From: Eledone cirrhosa | Taxonomy: Eukaryota | Length of the DNA stretch: 64,000 nucleotides | Reading direction: 5' to 3' | Assembly: GCA_964016885.1 (NCBI GenBank) | Contig: OZ024744.1 | Span: 83,576,001-83,640,000 of the forward strand | Shown: positions 12,866 through 27,067 of the stretch, piece after piece | Layout of the letters: every line of letters begins with the position of its first letter | Position numbering within the stretch: position 1 is the stretch's first letter | Notes under the pieces: model-generated | Databases searched by the model: none | What the model was told of the DNA's origin: nothing | What the model saw: the letters and a program-made list of their open reading frames with translations, nothing else | Position numbers and translations under genes: made by a program

Positions 12866-12949
12866 GATAATGATAAATGTACTCAATCATCAACAATTTT
12901 GAAAGAATATACAAAAGACCAACACGACAAGTACATTATAGTGATGTAG

Positions 12950-13006
<57 letters not shown>

Positions 13007-13189
13007 GATAGAGAGAAGGAGAGAGAGAGCGTCAGGGTGGGGGAGAGGAAGAAAGGAATGCTGGGCTTCAAAGCACCAGTTGTATCTGTAATTAGTTACA
13101 ACTTCAGTAGAATAAACTATAAAACCTGCTTAAAAAACAACAAAAAAGAAATACTGAAAGCACACAGAGTCTATCAGACTGTTGGGATG

Positions 13190-13500
13190 CATTTACTAAT
13201 ACAAAATAAAGGATATACAGTTAATAGATTACTATAAAAGATAGAAGACTATTATAAAATTACAGTGGGGCCTACTGACATACCTCACAACGAACGAAGA
13301 TAAATTAATATATTTAGATGAAAGATATGATAAACTTATAAATACGTGTTACATTTTCTGGCAGGCTAACAGATACGTAAACGTAAACGAAGATGGAAGA
13401 ATAGAAGGTATTCAAGAATAGGGAAGACGGGAAAAAATGTCTACTATATCGGGAAGAAAACGGTGAAGAAATATTTGCCAAAACATAATGGTAGAAATAT
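13190..13500 (+). pseudogene. Possible highly degenerate RTE 3' fragment
   Basis: Mixed-frame IKDRRL..KLQWG..GR motif resembles the RTE C-terminus. Confidence 0.3.
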
Positions 13501-13650
13501 CATGTGTTGACGTTTGAATATATGGTACACAACAAGAATTTATAGAGAAGTAACTCCGTATTTTTCACATCTCGAATATGGTCACCCAGGAATCAAAAGT
13601 GTAATTTACAGTTTATAATACAATGAAATAGCAAATAAATGAGTAATAAT

Positions 13651-13835
13651 TGTTTCTACTTTTGGCACAAGGCCAGCAATTAACCAGTGCATTACTGGTA
13701 CTTTATTTTATCGACCCCGTAAGGATGAAAGGCAAAGTTAACCTCGGCGGGATTTGAACTCAGAATGGCAAGGGCCGTAACTGTGCGTCAATGCATGGCG
13801 TCCGACCCTCTACTGATACTGCCAATCCACCGCCT
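13651..13835 (-). mobile_element. tRNA-derived SINE with 18-bp target-site duplication (TSD)
   Basis: TSD aaataaatgagtaataat at 13633-13650 and 13839-13856. Confidence 0.93.
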
Positions 13836-13880
13836 CATAAATAAATGAGTAATAATATATTTCCTTATTCTTTGTTACTA

Positions 13881-14075
13881 GGATAGTGGATTGTCAGAAA
13901 CGTTAGAGGGTCTGGTAAAATGCTTTCAAGTATTTAGTTCCGTTTTGTTATATTCTGAGTTCAAATCATCATTTCGAGTTCGATAGAATAAAGTACCAAT
14001 ATAGTACTGGGGTCGATCTAATAGATTTATCCCCTACTCTAAATTGCTGACCTTCTGGCTAAATTAGGACCGATT
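13881..14075 (+). mobile_element. Older diverged SINE copy
   Basis: ttctgagttcaaatc and cgatagaataaagtacca motifs. Confidence 0.65.
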
Positions 14076-14472
14076 ATTCTTTCTGCTTAAGTGTCCACTT
14101 ATATGCATAAGATATCTACGAAATCTGTTTCTTAGAAGTCACGTAAAAAAGAAAAAAAACCATGGCTGAATAGAAGACATAAAACGAAATGAAAGGAAAT
14201 TATAGTTTATTGTCATTCATGTACCTTAAAATGAAGTGTATGTAAACTCAATCCACAGCAACATGACAAATACTCTTTGCCGGGAAATAAACTCAGACAA
14301 CATTGTAAACTTCTTCCAATTTCAACGATATCGACAATTTACAGCTTATGGCCTATAATGTTACATCGCCAAAGCCAAGCTCATGATTCGTATTTATCAT
14401 TATATATATAAACAGAAAAAATGAAACAAAACTTCATTTCCCACTCTTAGTACGACTGTTACTTAAATATAA

Positions 14473-14697
14473 ATATGTACACGTACATACATATATGTAT
14501 ACAGACGTACAGTAGTATGTATATATATATACATACATGCACACATATATATATGTACGTATGGATTCACCGAACATTTATTATAATGTTCGGTGAGTCC
14601 ATACGTACATATATATATATGTGTGTGCATGTATGTATATATATATATACATACTACTGTACGTCTGTATACATATATGTATGTACGTGTACATACT
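14473..14697. repeat. Near-perfect palindrome (~108-bp arms)
   Basis: Centred on ccgaacatttattataatgttcgg; unfolded parent copy at 27497-27623. Confidence 0.92.
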
Positions 14698-14717
14698 TAT
14701 ATTATATATATATATAC

Positions 14718-14762
<45 letters not shown>

Positions 14763-15016
14763 AAAAGAGTCAGGACTCCGACGGCTGACCTCCGGCCGTT
14801 TCGAGTATTCTGGTGCGTTGTGGTACACCTGGTTCATTACCACTCTTCTTTCGTTATCTATATTATCATGACCATCATGATCATCATCATTTTACGTCCG
14901 TTTGGGGGGGGGGGGTCTGGGAGTATGTATGTTTGTAAAGATATATATATATACATATATATATACACACATATCCATACACACGCACATACACACACAC
15001 ATATATATATATATGT

Positions 15017-15110
<94 letters not shown>

Positions 15111-15200
15111 AAGGTAAACAACACAATCGGAACAATATAGAGAAGGGTAGGCAAAATAATTTCTTAGAGTAAAAGCAGGTCCGTTCATATTGCCATCTTT

Positions 15201-15241
<41 letters not shown>

Positions 15242-15315
15242 CAAAGGAAATGTGGTAAGGAACCAGATTTACCATAACGCACCAAAGTACTCAATACTTA
15301 GAGTAGTATAGTGGG

Positions 15316-15445
15316 CAATAGGAACAAGTATGACCCCGACGGCAGAGCTCAAGCCGTTTCGACGGCTAATTCTGGACAAAATTAGTCCAGAATTAGCCGT
15401 CGAAACGGCTTGAGCTCTTCCGTCGGGGTCATACTTGTTCCTATA
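15316..15445. repeat. Palindrome (~60-bp arms) made of an HHR 3' half
   Basis: Each arm reads outward GAAAC-ggc-ttgagctct-(g/t)cc-GTC-ggggt; 7-nt loop. Confidence 0.9.
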
Positions 15446-15988
15446 TATATATGTGTGCGTGTGTGGCTGTGTGTGTGTATGTGTGTGTGTGTTTGTGTCT
15501 CTGTCTGTGTCTCTGTGCGTGTGTGTGTATGCGCGTGTGTGTGGGTGTGTTTGTGTGCGTGTGTGTGATGACGTAATAGCAATGAACGTACCCAATAGCA
15601 AAATCATGACTCCAAAATCCTCTGTGGAATCAATAAAAATAAAAGAAAAAATAGACATTAACGAAGGTGGACTAAAATTCATTGATGGGTGAGAGTGGAC
15701 ATGTAAAATAGGTTTACTCTTAGTATTGTCATAAGTGATGCCTCATGTTCCTGGTTGTAGCAAGGGAGATTTTCGTTCAACATATATTCTTTTCCTCTGG
15801 TATGTATTTATTGATTTCAGTCAATGATATTTGACCATAATAGCACACCACCATCAAGGGTCTTCATCCATCATATCAATCCCAAGACTTGTTTGTAAAT
15901 CTGGTACTAATTTTATTTGCATTTGTTTGTCAAACCGCTAAGTTTCATAACATCTATCTATCTATCTATCTATTATTATCTGTCTATA

Positions 15989-16475
15989 GAAGGAGAGGCG
16001 GTTTTCCTTTGTGTGATAGCTATGGCGAAAGAGGTTGTATGGTGGACAAGGTTGAAAGGGCTGAGGTCAGACACCTTTCTCTCCGGCCAACAACTGATTC
16101 TTTTTTCAAATACCACTTTGGAAGAAGAATCAGGATGGAGAGAGAGGTGCTGTACCCCAGCAAGTTTTATGAAAGGTGGGTGAAAGTGGCGAGAATGGCC
16201 CGAGTGAATGGGCCTTCTCTCTATATCAGCCTGTAGGTTGAGGAAAAGGAGGAGGAGAGGAAAGGAGTACAAGCTCTTCGTACTCCTGGAGATGAGGGTT
16301 GCACATTTTTTTCGGGGGTCTGTGTTACCCATATAAACTGTCTCCCTCTATTGGGGAAAATCGACTAACTTTTAAATTCCATCTGTGATAACATTTTACA
16401 CGTTTTTATTGTATGTAAACTTCCCCCTTTGTATTTGTCCCCTTCTTTTGTGCCCCTGTGGCTAATAAAGAAATA
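15989..16475 (+). mobile_element. Tx1-clade LINE 3' fragment (subfamily B)
   Basis: EGEAVFLCVIAMAKEVVWWTRLKG...; flanked by the direct repeat tatctattattatctgtctat. Confidence 0.9.
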
Positions 16476-16715
16476 TATCTATTATTATCTGTCTATTGGG
16501 ATAGACACATGTGCTGAGCTCGCTCGGTAAGTTTCGTTTAAATTTATCTGGAAATTGTGAACTGTAAACTTTCATTTTTGTACCATTTTGTAGAGAGACT
16601 GCCAGGTCAAACTTTGATCTGGTCAGTCTCTCAAAATATTCTACGCCTTTAGGCGAAATAGTGTTGTAAACATTTTATCTTTCGAAAAATTTCGAAAAAT
16701 CCCATTTTGATAAAA

Positions 16716-18395
16716 ATGGCTGAAGCATCTTCACCAAAATTCGAAGGAGGAAAGGGGAAGATAAGCTTACAGCTTCCCCCTGCCACTGTCACAGTAGCAG
16801 AGGTCAAAAAGAAAGGTCAGCCAGGGGAAGGATTTTCTCCACCTGTTGACCGACAACTTGACGTTGCCATGGCAACAACCCAAAGAACCAGCGGCACCAG
16901 CAACAGCAACAACAATGCAACGGACGAAAACAACACCAATAACAATAACAACAACAACAAGACCAATAGCTGTGATAACAACAACAATGATAACAACAAC
17001 ACCACCAACGACAACAGCAACACAAACAAAAAATATTTCTCCTTCGCCGAGACGGCAAGGAAAACCCTCGACTATCTGCCAGTAGATATAACCAAAGCGA
17101 AGGAGCTACTGGCAGATGCCAAAAAATATATAGTGTACGGGGAAAATGGTTCATTCACGATCCACCCCCACCCCCCCGGAACTAAAAAGCCTGTCATGTT
17201 TAGGACAATCTCGAATAAAAGCAAAAAACCAGCTCAACCATCACAGAGTGAGATAGAGCTGGTTTTAAAAGACGTCATGAAGGACATCACCTTCATTCAG
17301 AAGGATAGACTCTACGGGAGTCTATCCATTCTCATGAAGGACAGGGACACAGCTGTGAAACTGTCCATCAAACCAATCACATCCACTGCATACACCTTCT
17401 ACCCTACGTACATGGGTAGAAGAACACAAAAAATAAAAATCAACACCATCCTGCCGATTATGGACATAAGGTGGGTATTGACAGGTTTCCTGGACCTGGA
17501 TGATGACACGCTGGTGTCCATGGGAAAGGCATCGGGTGACGCGTTCAGTGGAACGAGCCTCGAACTTGTAGTTCAAATGAGGCCCGAAAGGATCGCCCAC
17601 ATCCCTGAACGCGTCATACTGGATGATCAAACTTTCATCAACATTACCGTTGAGGGTACGCGGCCCTCGTGTTACCTCTGCGGAACCAAAGGTCACCTGA
17701 GGGCTGTCTGTCCCCAACTTAATAAGGAAACCCCAATCCTGCCTACACCACCAACAACTGCACAACCAACACAATCACCACAACTACCACTACAAAAACA
17801 ACCACCACAGCTCAAACCAAAACAAAACAATGCCCCCCCCCACATACACACTCAAAAAACAAAAACAATTTCCAAAACACCCGCACCGCAAACACAACCC
17901 GAAAATATACCCCTCCCCTCTAACGCGGAAGATGACCCTAGTTCGTCGTCAGACGAGGAGGAGCACTTCCACACAATCAAAAGAAAAAAAAGAAAACACA
18001 CCTGAGACACACAAATGAAAACAACCCCTCCCAGAAACATAACACTGACACCAACACAAAAGAGCTCACAACAACAACAAACAAAAAACACCACACAAAA
18101 ACAAAAACATGCATACACATACATAAACACAAGAAACAAAAAACTGTTAAACATTGTGTACAACAACAATCTAATAAAAACCCAAAGGCCTAACTTCACC
18201 CAGGCAGGGAATTTCCCCCACCTCAAAGTGATTAAGGCCCCACAGGACACCTATAAAACTTTAAAAAACAACTTTAAAGAGGACGTGGGTCCCCCCTGCG
18301 TCGGGCCCATTAACCGCGTCCTCCTAAAAAAACTACCCCACCCCCTCCCCAAACACCCACACAACTCCAAACTCCCCAACCACACAACACACTGA
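16716..18395 (+). CDS. LINE ORF1 (CCHC zinc knuckle); open to 18005, probable frameshifted C-terminal extension to 18395
   Basis: CYLCGTKGHLRAVC knuckle; 18015-18395 is homologous to the ORF1 tail of the second copy (~51680-51900). Confidence 0.8.
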
Positions 18396-18516
18396 TGCCC
18401 CTACACTTCCACAAACCACCACCCCTTCCAACAACCCATCCCCCACCCTAATGGAAATTGTGCAGCCCGATACCCGGGACGCAGAGAGGTAAGTGCTTTT
18501 TCTCTTCACCACCAAC

Positions 18517-21500
18517 ATGGCTATACTAAGAGTAGGCTGTTTAAATGCGCGTGGCCTGGGCTCAACTTGGAAGCAAGCAATGCTTCTAAATGACCTCAGG
18601 TCACAACGTATAGATGTGATGGTTATTTGCGAGCCCCGGATCAGCAACGTGCGACAGCTGGCCCCCACCTTTGATAACTTTGAGGTGCACGCATCTCTCT
18701 GTCAGCCCGGAGGTGGGGGTGGGGTTGTCGTTCTGCTGCAAAAACATCTGGGTCTCGCAACACAGATGGTACATTTGGACACGGAGTGTCGACTAGTGGT
18801 TCTGGACCTTGGCAGTGGTAAAGGCGGAGCGTTTAGTAGCCGCCTACGGCCCTTTCGGGTCAATGCGGCCGGACTTCTTCCATCGTCTGGAGACTTTTCT
18901 AGGGACGTCCCGCTCCTTGCTATTAGTGGGGGACTGGAATGGTATCCTAGATGCACGCTGAGACTACGTAGGGGCCTGTCCCGATAGAGAGGGGTGTAAT
19001 AGCCTCAAAGGGTTAATCTCTCGATTTGACCTGGCCGATAGATATCGACTAGATTTTCCGACTGCGCCAACCTGGAATTGGGCAAATCGTAGCGGATCAT
19101 CTAGGTCGTACCTAGATAGGTTCTTAGTTAGAATTAAGGATAAGGACTTTTTAAGTTGTCCAAAAATGCGCATGGTTGGCTATTCAGACCACAAATTAGT
19201 GACCTGCATGGTCAACCTTGACATAACTCATAGACAGGGACCCGGTTACTGGAAGCTCAACTTGTCCTTACCGGCAAGTAAGGCTTACAAGGACCGGATT
19301 AGCACTTTAGTTAAGGAGCGGTTGACGGGCGCCATCGTCAACAGCAGGTGGTGGGGATCTCTCAAAAGAGAGATTAGAGTAGTCTCTTTAGAATTTAGTA
19401 AGGAGTTAGCCTCAAATAGAAATAGGAAGGAAAGGGAGTTGGTAGATAGTGTAGAAGAGGCAATTAGAAGCGGCGACGTGGCCAGAGTGCTAGCGTCGAG
19501 AACGGCCCTGGGCCAGTTCTTCGACGCGAAACACGAAGGCTGCATCGTCCGAAGCAAAATAGGTGCTCTGGGAAACGAGGGGACCAAAGCTGTTAGCTGG
19601 ACCCGCGTGAGAGAAGCCAAAAGAGGGAGCAGATCCACTATCCGGTCTTTGCGAGACCAGGATGGACGGGTGATCCTTGAACCTAAGCAGATGTGCGAGG
19701 CTTTTCAAAAGCACTTTGCCGGATTGTTCGGAAGGAGCGGGGAGCCGGTTGGGGATGTGGACTTCGGTCCATACCTCGACGGCCTGCCGCGTCTCTCGGA
19801 CAGGGAGGCGAAGTCCTGCGAGGAGCCGATTTCAGCCGCTGAGATAGAGGACGTGCTGAGCCAATGCGGCAAACGCAAATCCCCGGGTCTCGATGGTCTT
19901 CCTTACGAACTATATCTAGCTATGCCGGACTTGTTCCCCGATCTCCTCGAGGCGGTCTACTGCAACTGGCAACAGAACGGGAGAATTCCCTGTGCTGTGA
20001 CCAAGGGCGTAGTCACGCTAGTGAGGAAGGACGAGAACAAGGGGGACGATATAAATAATTTCAGGCCCATAACACTGCTAAATACAGAGTTACAGATTTT
20101 GGCCAAGGTGCTAGCAAAGAGGTTGGCGCTTGTCGTGGGCAACCTGGTGGGAGATGCGCAGACATGTGCTATCCCGTCTAGGTCCATCCACGACAACCTC
20201 CACCTCATGCGATACATCATAGAGAGGGTTGGGAACGAACCCGGCTTTGGTGGGGCCCTGATCAACTTGGATCAATCTAAGGCATTCGATAGGATCGACC
20301 ATGGTTACCTGGATGCGATGCTAGAGACAGCAGGATTCGGACCCGTTTTCAGGGGCTGGATCAATGCCATGCACAGCACCGCATCTGCTCTAGGGTCAAG
20401 GAGACCGGCTACTTCTCGGAGCCATTCGAAATCGTGCGGTCCATCCGACAGGGGTGCCCTCTCTCCTCCCTTCTGTATGTAGTGACTCTAGAGCCACTGC
20501 TGCGGAAGTTGGAGTTGTTGCAGGGCATCCCGTTGGAACCGGGATTGCGGAAAGCGGTGTCGGCCTACGCCGATGACGTAACAGTAATGGTGTCGACGGC
20601 CTCGGAAATCGAGGCGATCGGCACCTTACTGGAGGAGTACGAAAGGTTTACAGTGGCTAAGCTGAACCGGGACAAGTCGATTGGTCTGCAACTCAGCACG
20701 TGGAGGGGCAGATCGAGTCCCTCCGATGGCGTCGTCGGGCGCTGGACGGAGGGCCCGGTGAAGTTGCTCGGGGTTTGGTTCGGACCAGACCTCCAGGTGG
20801 AGAAGAACTGGGGTGAGGTAACGAACAGGGTGTTTGCACTGACCCAGAAGTGGGCCGAGTGCAAACTGTCCCTGAAAGGTCGGGCGGAGGTGGCGAACAC
20901 TTATATAGCGTCCGTCATCTACTACCGCCTGACCGTTGTGCCTTGCCCAAGGGAAGCGCTCGCCAAAATGGAGCGCGCACTCTTCCAATTCCTTTGGAAG
21001 AAGCGGGCTCCTATGGTGAGGAGATCCATCTGCTGTCAACACCCTTCGAAAGGAGGGCTGGGGATGCCGTGGCTAATGATACGTAAACAAGCATTAAGGC
21101 TACGGCACCTTCAGGTATTCCTCTCCGGTCAACCGGTGTGGGCCCCATTTGTGAGGCGAGCCCTTCCCAGACTCGTCTCACTCACCGAGCTGCAATCCTG
21201 GGTCAAGCAAAGACCGAGAAAACTGGGCGCCTAGATCACCGAGTGTGCCCAGGCGCTCACGGCTCTCTTCCAGGCGGACCCGGCTGTCAGTGGAGAATCC
21301 ACCTCGTCATTCTATAGAGGGCTGGTGGTTAGCAGGTGCGACGACGCCCTCGGAGAAGCCCTAGGCATGGAGGAAGACGAACTGGCCAACCTGTTCGGTA
21401 GGACATTCAGCCCGGGACCCATGGATAACTTCCAGAGGTCCCTGGCCTGGCAATGCTACAGAAGGGCTCTGCCCGTTCGAGAAAGGCTCTACAGACACGG

Positions 21501-21807
21501 GCTCCCGGGTAGGGACCCCTCGAAAAAGATCTGTCCCAGATGCGTGTCCGACGAGGAAACCGTTGCACACGCCTTGGTACACTGCTCGGGCATTGCGGAT
21601 CTGTGGGGCTATGTCAAACAACTGCTGTCAAGGGTGGGACCGATCCGGTTGACCACCGAGTCTATTGTAACAATCAAGCCGCCTCCCCTCTTTAAAAACG
21701 AAGAAGAGGCGGTGTTTCTGTGCGTAATAGCCATGGCGAAAGAGGTTGTATGGTGGACGCGTCTGAAAGGAACATAAAATGGGCCTTCTCTGTATACCAT
21801 CCTGTAG
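18517..21807 (+). pseudogene. LINE ORF2 (APE endonuclease, RT, CCHC), disrupted
   Basis: CLNARGL, GDWNG, SYLDRFL, YSDHK, GYWKLN, KSPGLDG, LDQSKAFDRI, RQGCPLS, AYADD, CPRC..ETVAH..C; frameshifts ~18835 and ~20380, stop 21232, deletion ~21770. Confidence 0.93.
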
Positions 21808-22047
21808 GTAAAGAAGTAAAGGAGAGGGGAGCACCTTCTCCATGTGCTCCCCGGGCAAAGGATTGCACACTTTTTCGGGGGTGTGTGCAACTCCCATCAC
21901 GTCCCCTCCCTTTTGAGGTTATTTTCGATTATTTTCATTTTATACCCTTTTGACTCGATTGTATGTAAACTCCCCCTTTGTATTTGTCCCTTCTTTTTAT
22001 GCCTTTATGGTAAATAAAGAAATCTATCTATCTATCTATTTATCTAT

Positions 22048-22675
22048 CGCGCACGCATTCATACACTGCCCGGGCGTTACCGACCTGTGGGGCTATGTAG
22101 AATGACTATTGTCGCAGGTGGGACCAATCCGGTTGACCACCGAGTCCATTGTCATAATCAAACCGCCACCCTCCTTCAAAAACGAAGGAGAGGCGGTTTT
22201 CCTTTGTGTGATAGCTATGGCGAAAAGAGGTTGTATGGTGGACAAGGTTGAAAGGGCTGAGGTCAGACACCTTTCTCTCCGGTCAACAACTGATTCTTTT
22301 TTTCAAATACCACTTTGGAAGAAAAATCAGGATGGAGAGAGAGGTGCTGTACCCCAGCAAGTTTTATGAAAGGTGGGCGAAAGTGGCGAGAATGGCCCGA
22401 GTGAATGGGCCTTCTCTCTATATCAGTCTGTAGGTTGAGGGAAAAGAGGAAGAGAGGAAAGGGGTACAAACTCTTCGTACTCCTGGAGATGAGGGTTGCA
22501 CATTTTTTCGGGGGTATGTGTTACCCATATAAACTGTCTCCATGTATTGGGGAAAATCGACTAATTTTTAAATTGCATTTGTGATAATATTTTACACGTT
22601 CTTATTGTATGTAAACTTCCCCCTTTGTATGTGTCTCCTTCTTTTGTGCCCCTGTGGCTAATAAAGAAACATTTC
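22048..22675 (+). mobile_element. Tx1-clade LINE 3' fragment (subfamily B)
   Basis: Matches 55092-55715 and 15989-16475; bounded by TCTA repeats. Confidence 0.9.
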
Positions 22676-22687
22676 TATCTATCTATT

Positions 22688-24246
<1,559 letters not shown>

Positions 24247-24268
24247 TGTATATATGTATATATGTATA

Positions 24269-24329
<61 letters not shown>

Positions 24330-24336
<7 letters not shown>

Positions 24337-24520
24337 GAAACACACAGATACATGCGGACACACACATATATACATGAATGCATCCGCACCCAACTGTGAG
24401 TTAAGGGTGCCAACTTCACCGATGTTGCTCAATGAATGACTGGGACAGACCACAGTTGGGTGCGGATGCATTCATGTATATATGTGTGTGTCCGCATGTA
24501 TCTGTGTGTTTCTAAATATA
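24330..24520. repeat. Inverted repeat (~70-bp perfect arms, ~50-nt spacer)
   Basis: tttagaaacac...caactgtg vs cacagttg...gtgtttctaaa; abuts (TA)n. Confidence 0.92.
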
Positions 24521-24784
24521 TTAATAACTCCCTCTGGTCGAGCAATCTTTGAAGTGTGGGGACAACTGGAAAGCTTCCATTACTCATACTTCTCGCCTTC
24601 TTCACTACCTCTTCTACGGCCTCGATATGAATACCCCCTCCGCCTCCGTGGTATTTTCTTCGTGGTTATAAGAGGCTTAGCTCTGTTTCTCGACCGTTAT
24701 ATCGCGTGACTGTCTCCCCCTCCGCCTTTTGGGATTCTTTCTCACGTCGTGTAGACGCGTTCTTGAGACTAGTAAAATGAGGTA

Positions 24785-24872
24785 TCCTCTTGATAAGTCG
24801 GCAGACCTCGCAAGGACTCTATATCTTTGATATATTGTTTTTGTTTATGCCACGAAACTACGTAGTCGAGGA
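24785..24872 (+). ncRNA. Type I HHR, U3-A8 variant
   Basis: tcctc-TTGATAA-gtcggca...tgccac-GAAAC-tacgta-GTC-gagga. Confidence 0.8.
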
Positions 24873-24941
24873 ATTTAGGAACAGTTTAGGTATGATACAT
24901 TTTATTACTAATTATATCTAAATGTTTCTTCTCTCTTCATA

Positions 24942-25004
<63 letters not shown>

Positions 25005-25641
25005 AAATATGAAATTACTTCATACATATATTTAAACTTTACCTATTTTTGTCCATTGCTCTCATACGCTACAACTATAAATAGTAGCATTTCAAACATT
25101 AAACCATTACTTTACATCCAACAAAAAACATTACTACTCCAATATAAACATTTTAAATGCTACTAACTTGTCTTATTTTACTTTTATTATTTACATTACA
25201 TAACATTTATATCTATGCTATCATTACGTATCTATTTTTACCATAATAACATGCTGTATGTAATAAGCTTGATATATTCACTTTCTGTCTAACCTTATGC
25301 ATGCTTTTATTAATATTCTGTATATTTTGCTTCGTATACCCTTATTATAACACCTTTCAATACTTTGATATCTTTTTACTGTAATATACTTGCTTGCTAT
25401 CTTTTTTCATCTGTATTACCGTTATGCATATTATTAGTAACTTTCTGTGTAATATTTTTATTATAATCATTTTAAGTAATAACTTCTTTACAACAGATCC
25501 CAATTTTTTGCTTTCTTTCCACTATAATATCATTTTGTTACTCTTACTTCTCAATATGATGTCACTGACACTGTTTATAATAATGTATCTTAATGAATGT
25601 TCTAAGGACTAGGAATGTAATTACTTGTTTAAACATTGTAT

Positions 25642-25690
25642 TTGCTCCGATGGAACTAGACAGTTGCCTGAAAGAAACGATCGTCAGCAA
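25642..25690 (+). ncRNA. Degenerate HHR
   Basis: ttgct-CCGATGG...GAAAC-gatc-GTC-agcaa; stems I and III intact, core mutated. Confidence 0.5.
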
Positions 25691-25946
25691 TTAAATGCAT
25701 TAAGCAAGAATATGATTGTTTAATATTTTGTATTTCTGATCTGTGATACAGCTGATAATTTACATTGAATTCCTTCTCGTACTGGTAATCGGGTAGTACA
25801 ACATACTACCCTTTCATATTTATAATTGTATACAGTTTATATATAAAAGAATTAATACAATTGTTATCATATATATATACACATACATACAACACCCACT
25901 ATATATACATACAACACCCACTACACACAGGCATACACACATACAT

Positions 25947-26057
<111 letters not shown>

Positions 26058-26104
26058 TTCGGATGATATCCTCTGAAAGAACATATTATCAGAAATAAAG
26101 AGAC

Positions 26105-26192
26105 GTGTCCGAGGAACCTACGAGATTAGAGTCAGGTAGATCCACACACAGATCGCACCTCGCACTGTTCGCCGGGGAAATAATTGTTACAC
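26105..26192 (+). ncRNA. Degenerate HHR (CCGAGGA)
   Basis: gtgt-CCGAGGA...GAAAT-aatt-GTT-acac. Confidence 0.45.
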
Positions 26193-26234
26193 ACAATAAA
26201 TTGAGTTCCGATGCATCAGTGATTTTTCGTTTTC

Positions 26235-26271
<37 letters not shown>

Positions 26272-26276
<5 letters not shown>

Positions 26277-26483
26277 ATAATAATAAATTTGAAGACTAAA
26301 ATCCAAAGAGGGCTCCATAAGGATAAATATATATCAAATATATAAAAACCGGAGAGCAAATATTTATTAAAATAACAGATTAAATTTTAAGCAAAGAATC
26401 GCTGCTTTCACCCTTAACGAGATCTTCTGAAGACCCAGTTAAGGGTGAAAGCAGCGATTCTTTGCTTATACTTTAATCTGTTA

Positions 26484-26492
<9 letters not shown>
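26272..26492 (-). mobile_element. pLTR-like mini-insertion with fold-back (family X)
   Basis: Arms 26365-26418 / 26438-26490; same family as 39852-40071; (TA)n at both ends. Confidence 0.75.
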
Positions 26493-26522
<30 letters not shown>

Positions 26523-26529
26523 ATATAGA

Positions 26530-26842
26530 TGGAGTAAATACCTGCTTAGGCCATTACTCACCAGAGTATTCGATACTTGGGGTAGTAGAGTATGGTAATA
26601 TGAAAAAGTCTTGAACTAGCTGTTGAAACGGGAAGAACTCAGCCTTCGTGGTCCCGACTCTTTTAAATCCTATGTATAATGATTGGATGACTGCACATTC
26701 CCACCTAGGATATTGACCTCTAGGAGATAGTTCATCTCCTGCCTGATTGTAAAGCATGTATCATTGTATAGACGTGGTTGGTCCACGTTTCTGTAAAGGA
26801 GGTTGGAAGTTCCAATCTTTTATATGACCTGAAAATGAAGTC
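26530..26842 (-). pseudogene. Degenerate Helitron helicase fragment
   Basis: KIGTSNLLYRNVDQPRLYNDTCFTIRQEMNYLLEVNILGG resembles LKIG.P..LLRNL..PRLCNGTRL....M..VIEA.IL.G. Confidence 0.7.
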
Positions 26843-26846
26843 TTAA

Positions 26847-27067
26847 CCCTTTAACATTTAAACCGGTCGTTTTCGGCCAGAATTCTCTCCCCTATATCTG
26901 ATCAAACCTGCTGTAACTGGCCACTCATACCATTGTTAATGTATTGTTCTGAAAACAAATAATATCAAAATCTCATGGCTTCAATATTATGTGAAATAAT
27001 TATGTAAGATAAAGCCTTTACCGCGAAAATACATGAGTAAATATAGAGTAATGTAAATGCTAAAGGG
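26847..27067. mobile_element. piggyBac-type MITE
   Basis: TTAA TSDs at 26843 and 27068; TIRs ccctttaacattta / taaatgctaaaggg. Confidence 0.85.

Larger units (their letters stand above)
16497..22022 (+). mobile_element. Near full-length Tx1/L1-clade LINE (subfamily A)
   Basis: 5' UTR, ORF1, ORF2 (APE-RT-zinc finger), AATAAA, then (TCTA)n. Confidence 0.93.

Noticed and set aside
14765-14805. HHR on the minus strand
   Set aside because: Only the 3' half (GAAACggc..gccGTC) is present; not a complete ribozyme
26560-26830. Apparent host exon (ttttcag...G|gtgagt, minus strand) with an in-frame TGA suggesting a selenoprotein
   Set aside because: Another frame matches the Helitron helicase, so the splice-like signals are probably coincidental
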